Positions 60,186 to 64,000 of a DNA stretch of 64,000 nucleotides are shown here, in pieces (position 1 is the stretch's first letter; each line of letters starts with the position of its first letter). Position numbers and translations under genes: made by a program. Under the pieces are notes generated by a model. The model worked only from the letters and a program-made list of their open reading frames with translations. It did no database searches and had not been told where the DNA came from. Source of the DNA: Gemmatales bacterium (lineage in GTDB: Bacteria > Planctomycetota > Planctomycetia > Gemmatales > HRBIN36); contig JBEPZY010000004.1 of NCBI GenBank assembly GCA_041640595.1, positions 226,373 through 290,372 of the forward strand, written 5' to 3'.

Positions 60186-61736
60186 ATGTTCCGCGGGCTG
60201 CACAAGCTGCCACCATTGACTGCAGCGTGGTTTGCGTTGCTATGCGTCTTGTTGCTGGCTTTGCGCAGCCTGGCCGATTACTCCCTCTCGCAACCGCATC
60301 AATGGTTCGACTTCGGACGCTGGCGCTGGCTGCACTGGCCGGACTACTTTGCTCTGGCCGGCAGTTTCGTTAGCGACGACTGGCAATTCCGTTTGCTAAC
60401 CTGGGGCGTATGGCCTGGGTATTTGCTCGTGCAGGGCCTGGTGGTCGTCATGCGGTTGCAGACGCTGCGTCTGCCGAAACGGTGGGTGCTGTTCCTTCTG
60501 GTGCCAGTGGTGAACCTGGTTTTCCTGCTTGTGCTAGTGCTGGTGCCCATTTTCCTGGAGAAAAGACTGCTGTCGGCACGACACCGCCCATCGGCCTGGC
60601 GGTTGCCCGAAACGAGTGGCGAGGTGGTACCGATGGCATCACCCGGCGAATCTCCGCCAGCTGCGACGCAGACCGGTACAGAAACTCCGACCGACGAACT
60701 GACCGCATTAGCTGCCGCATCGTCAACCAACCGCTGGCAAGCCTGGCACAAAGAGTCGGCTCGGCACAACCTGGTCAATGCGCTGATACTGACGCTTCTA
60801 CTGTTGGTTCCGCTGGGCTGGCTGCTGGTTTATGTCTCGGCAGACTTGAGCCAACAATACGGGATCACCTTATTCGTTCTGGGCCCATTCGTAGCCGGCT
60901 GGTTGACCGCGATGATCCTGCACCGGGCAGCGGGGGCGTCGCTGGGAGACTGTCTGTTGGGCTTTCTGATGGTGATGATACTCGGCGGGGCGGTTTTGCT
61001 GGCAGTGGGGATGGAGGGGTTGGTGTGCTTGCTGATGGCGTCGCCGCTGGTGATTACCGTGGGCATGGCCGGTTGCGCTATCGGCTACCTGTTCGCCCGG
61101 AGCACGTGGCTGGCCAATTTCCGCACCTGGTCGGCAGGCTTGCTGGTGATGGTCTGGCCGATCGGTCTGGCCACGGAAATCATCTCCTCGCCGGGACCCA
61201 CATTGCACGCCGTCCGCACGGAAATCATCGTCCAGGCTCCGGTCGAAGTGGTCTGGAAGGCGACCATCTCGTTCGAGGAATTGCCGGAACCCAGGGAAGA
61301 AATGTTTCGGCTGGGAGTGGCGTATCCGGTAGCGGCGAAGATTGCCGGACAAGGTGCGGGAGCGGTGCGTCATTGCATTTTCAACACCGGCAGCTTTGTC
61401 GAGCCGATTCAGGTCTGGCAACCGCCGTTTTTGCTCCGCTTTGCCGTGACGGATCAACCGCCACCTATGCAGGAACTTTCCCCCTGGCCAATTGATCCGC
61501 CGCATTTGCACGGCTGCCTGGTGTGTCGGCAGGGAGAGTTTCGCCTGGAGCCGATGGGTCCCCATCAGACGCGCCTGATTGGCACGACCTGGTACGAGTT
61601 GCACATGTGGCCGGAATGGTACTGGCATGTGTGGAGCGACTATTGCATTCACCAGATTCACAACCGTGTGTTGCGGCACATCGCCAATCTCGCCGAAACG
61701 CACGCGGCAGAAGATGCCGCCAACCCCCGGCCCTGA
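60186..61736 (+). CDS. Multi-pass membrane protein with C-terminal SRPBCC/START-like domain
   Basis: Several TM helices; EGLVCLLMASPL, VRTEIIVQAP.E.VW, GAVRHC.F.TG.FVEPI, IHQIHNRVLRHI. Confidence 0.8.
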   Translation: MFRGLHKLPPLTAAWFALLCVLLLALRSLADYSLSQPHQWFDFGRWRWLHWPDYFALAGSFVSDDWQFRLLTWGVWPGYLLVQGLVVVMRLQTLRLPKRWVLFLLVPVVNLVFLLVLVLVPIFLEKRLLSARHRPSAWRLPETSGEVVPMASPGESPPAATQTGTETPTDELTALAAASSTNRWQAWHKESARHNLVNALILTLLLLVPLGWLLVYVSADLSQQYGITLFVLGPFVAGWLTAMILHRAAGASLGDCLLGFLMVMILGGAVLLAVGMEGLVCLLMASPLVITVGMAGCAIGYLFARSTWLANFRTWSAGLLVMVWPIGLATEIISSPGPTLHAVRTEIIVQAPVEVVWKATISFEELPEPREEMFRLGVAYPVAAKIAGQGAGAVRHCIFNTGSFVEPIQVWQPPFLLRFAVTDQPPPMQELSPWPIDPPHLHGCLVCRQGEFRLEPMGPHQTRLIGTTWYELHMWPEWYWHVWSDYCIHQIHNRVLRHIANLAETHAAEDAANPRP

Positions 61737-61817
61737 TTCCACTCGGGGCCGACGATGAAGATGATTGGTCCGCAAAGCAGCACCTTGCAGCGACCCGGCG
61801 ATCCGGAGGCGGCCATC

Positions 61818-62112
61818 GGTAAGCGAAACGGACTCGGCGAACGATTACCTTAGACGAGACAGTCTAACCAGGATGTACCGACTGGTAAGCGAAACGGGCT
61901 CGGCGAACGATGCCATGCAGGTTGGGCCTGACCACAAACTCGGTACGCTGGTAAGTGAAGCGGGGTGGATTAAGGCTGGCGGCGCAGATTGAAGATGACA
62001 GAAGCTGCTACGGGGCCGAGAAATGCAAGCCTGATGAACTGTTACCGGTGTGCGCTCCTGGCTCAGCTTTTGCAGGAGCTGCTATCGGTCTGAAAAACGT
62101 AAGCGTACTGAA
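61818..62112. repeat. 28-bp block x3 at 66-bp period, plus a degenerate ~40-bp pair at 74-bp offset
   Basis: GGTAAGCGAAACGG(A/G)CTCGGCGAACGAT at 61818, 61884 and partial at 61950; 61999-62038 vs 62073-62112 match at 29/40 positions. Confidence 0.8.
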
Positions 62113-62285
62113 GTGGTGAGCGGAGATGGGTACTGCCAGCAATAACGCTATTGCTTACGACATCGGGAAAGCCCGTGCATTGCAAGCGGCAAGACCGAAA
62201 ATAGGAGCCGTCAGGGAACAAACGCCGGGGCCATCTTCCGGGAACATGCAAACGTCCTCGGAATACAAAATGCGGAGATAGTTCG

Positions 62286-63029
62286 ATGTACGTGCCGGAA
62301 CTGCAAGGGGTCATCGCTCGCCGGTTGTTGCTCAATTACCGCGTAAGTCCGGAGGTGCTGGAGCGGCTTTTACCCGCGCCGTTTCGACCGAAGCTGTATC
62401 GCGGATATGGCATAGCCGGAGTGTGTCTGATACGGTTTCGGCAGTTGCGACCGCGTGGATTACCGGCCGTGTGTGGTTTTTCGTCGGAAAATGCGGCATT
62501 TCGCGTGGCGGTCTGCTGGCGAGAGAATGGCCGCGATCGTGATGGCGTTTTCATCTGGAAACGTCTGACCAACTCTCGATGCAATGCCTGGCTGGGCGGC
62601 TGGCTTTTCCCGACGGTGCTGCGTTACGCGCGATTCCGAGTCACGGAAACGTCCTCCCGCTTGACGATCAGCGTTTCGGAAAGCGGGGACGAAGATTTAC
62701 GCGTGGTGGCGGAGCGAGTCCAACAGTGGCAGGGAAATTCGGTTTTCGCACATTTACAGGAAGCCGCGGAGTTTTTCTGGCAGGGAGCGATGGGATATTC
62801 GCCGGGACTTGAGCCGGGGCGATACGAAGGGATCGAACTGCACTGCCCGCGGTGGGAAGTAGAACCGTTGCGTCTGCTGGAAGCTCGCTGTCGGTTTTAC
62901 GAAGCCCCGTCGCGTTTTCCCGCGGGTTCGATTGTGCTGGATAGTGCACTGTTGATGCGGGCCAAGGAGCATAGCTGGCAAAGTTTGCCGAGCATTTGCT
63001 GTAGCGGCAGGCAAGCAGCGGCAGTTTGA
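62286..63029 (+). CDS. DUF2071-like protein
   Basis: GVIARRLLLNYRV.PE, PAPFRPK, AGVCLIR, SSENAAFRVAV, DSALLMR. Confidence 0.75.
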   Translation: MYVPELQGVIARRLLLNYRVSPEVLERLLPAPFRPKLYRGYGIAGVCLIRFRQLRPRGLPAVCGFSSENAAFRVAVCWRENGRDRDGVFIWKRLTNSRCNAWLGGWLFPTVLRYARFRVTETSSRLTISVSESGDEDLRVVAERVQQWQGNSVFAHLQEAAEFFWQGAMGYSPGLEPGRYEGIELHCPRWEVEPLRLLEARCRFYEAPSRFPAGSIVLDSALLMRAKEHSWQSLPSICCSGRQAAAV

Positions 63030-63082
63030 GCGAGAGGTCGGCGGCACTGCGCGTGCCGATGGGATACGGAAGTCCGGCGGGG

Positions 63083-64000
63083 CTACTCTTCTTCCTCTTC
63101 CTCAGCAGCGCGGGCAGCTTTGGCGACGATCTGTTGCTGAATATGGGCGGGCACCTGATCGTAATGGCTGAACTCCATAGTGTAGGAGCCCTGGCCCTGA
63201 GTGATACTGCCGAGCACTGCCGCATAACGAGTCACTTCCGCCAGAGGCACCCGGGCCCGGATGACTTGCAGGTCGCCGGGCAAGGTATCCTGGTTTTCGA
63301 TGCGTGCCCGTCGAGTGTTGAGGTCGCCGAGAATGGCTCCGGTGAACCGCGACGGAACGGTAACCTCCATCAGCACGATCGGCTCCAGCAGCACCGGTTT
63401 GGCGTTGAGCACGCCATTTTTGAACGCCACTCGCGCTGCCGTCTTGAACGCCGCTTCCGAGCTATCCACCGGATGATCCTTACCGAAATAGATTTCCACG
63501 CCGATATCCTGCATGCGATATCCGGCCAGGGCGCCTTTCTCCATGACTTCCATGCAGCCTTTGTAAACGGCGGGCATGAACTGGTTGGGGATCACGCCAC
63601 CGACAATGCAGTCCACAAAGGCGAAGTTGTATTCGGGATTGTAAATGCAAAACTCCTCGCGGATCTCTGGGAAACGCTCCTTGTTCATGAAGCGTTTGCG
63701 GCATTCCTCTTCGGTGGTGATGTCGCGCGGCAGGGGATAGACGCGCAGGTGCACTTCGCCAAACTGTCCGCGACCACCGGTCTGCTTCTTGTGGCGGTGC
63801 TGACCTTCGCCCATCGCGGTGACCGTTTCGCGATAGGGGATTTTCGGTTCCTTGGTAACGACTTCGAGGTCGAATCGCCGTTTCAGCCGGGCCTGGATGA
63901 TGTCCAGGTGCAACTGACTGACGCCGGTCACCACCAGTTCGCGGGTTTGCGGATCCCGGGTGACTTTGAAGGTGGGGTCTTCCTCGGCCATTTTGGCGAG
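63083..64000 (-). CDS. fusA: Second elongation factor G paralogue (domains III-V; 5' part outside window)
   Basis: EEDPTF, LHLD, PKIPYRET, HKKQTGGRGQFGEV, HPVDSSEAAF, LLEPIV. Confidence 0.93.
   Translation of the reverse strand, partial: LAKMAEEDPTFKVTRDPQTRELVVTGVSQLHLDIIQARLKRRFDLEVVTKEPKIPYRETVTAMGEGQHRHKKQTGGRGQFGEVHLRVYPLPRDITTEEECRKRFMNKERFPEIREEFCIYNPEYNFAFVDCIVGGVIPNQFMPAVYKGCMEVMEKGALAGYRMQDIGVEIYFGKDHPVDSSEAAFKTAARVAFKNGVLNAKPVLLEPIVLMEVTVPSRFTGAILGDLNTRRARIENQDTLPGDLQVIRARVPLAEVTRYAAVLGSITQGQGSYTMEFSHYDQVPAHIQQQIVAKAARAAEEEEEE

Overview
A 64-kb GC-rich bacterial chromosomal window with a planctomycete (Gemmatales-like) signature: DUF1559, DUF4058 and DUF1080 proteins, a sulfatase, Ser/Thr kinases, WD40 and LRR proteins. 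Housekeeping genes are pcrA, acpS, xylB, the rplY-pth-rpsF-ssb-rplI-dnaB cluster, two EF-G paralogues, miaA, treZ, nth, accD, icd and tRNA-Ala(GGC). Accessory features are a decaying low-GC cassette at 7.0-9.9 kb (orphan enzyme/toxin-like C-terminus plus secreted proteins, one split by an in-frame TAG), an Ig-repeat pseudogene, and three clusters of a REP/REPIN-like palindrome family. The most unusual pattern is intergenic. At least 15 unrelated sites share one geometry: a ~30-bp block duplicated 66-67 bp apart, or a ~37-bp block duplicated 72-75 bp apart, around a ~36-bp insert. One event is nested inside another (66+75=141 bp), and one array starts with the CRISPR-type end GTTTCAATCCC. This is the footprint expected from ectopic Cas1-Cas2-like spacer integration, but no cas gene is in the window, so the mechanism is inferred. 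Other candidates are a NikR-spaced palindrome upstream of a His-rich pilin-like gene, a structured RNA in the tRNA-Ala leader, and a membrane kinase with a homogenised but surface-variable WD40 propeller. All calls come from reading motifs by eye; no database searches were run.
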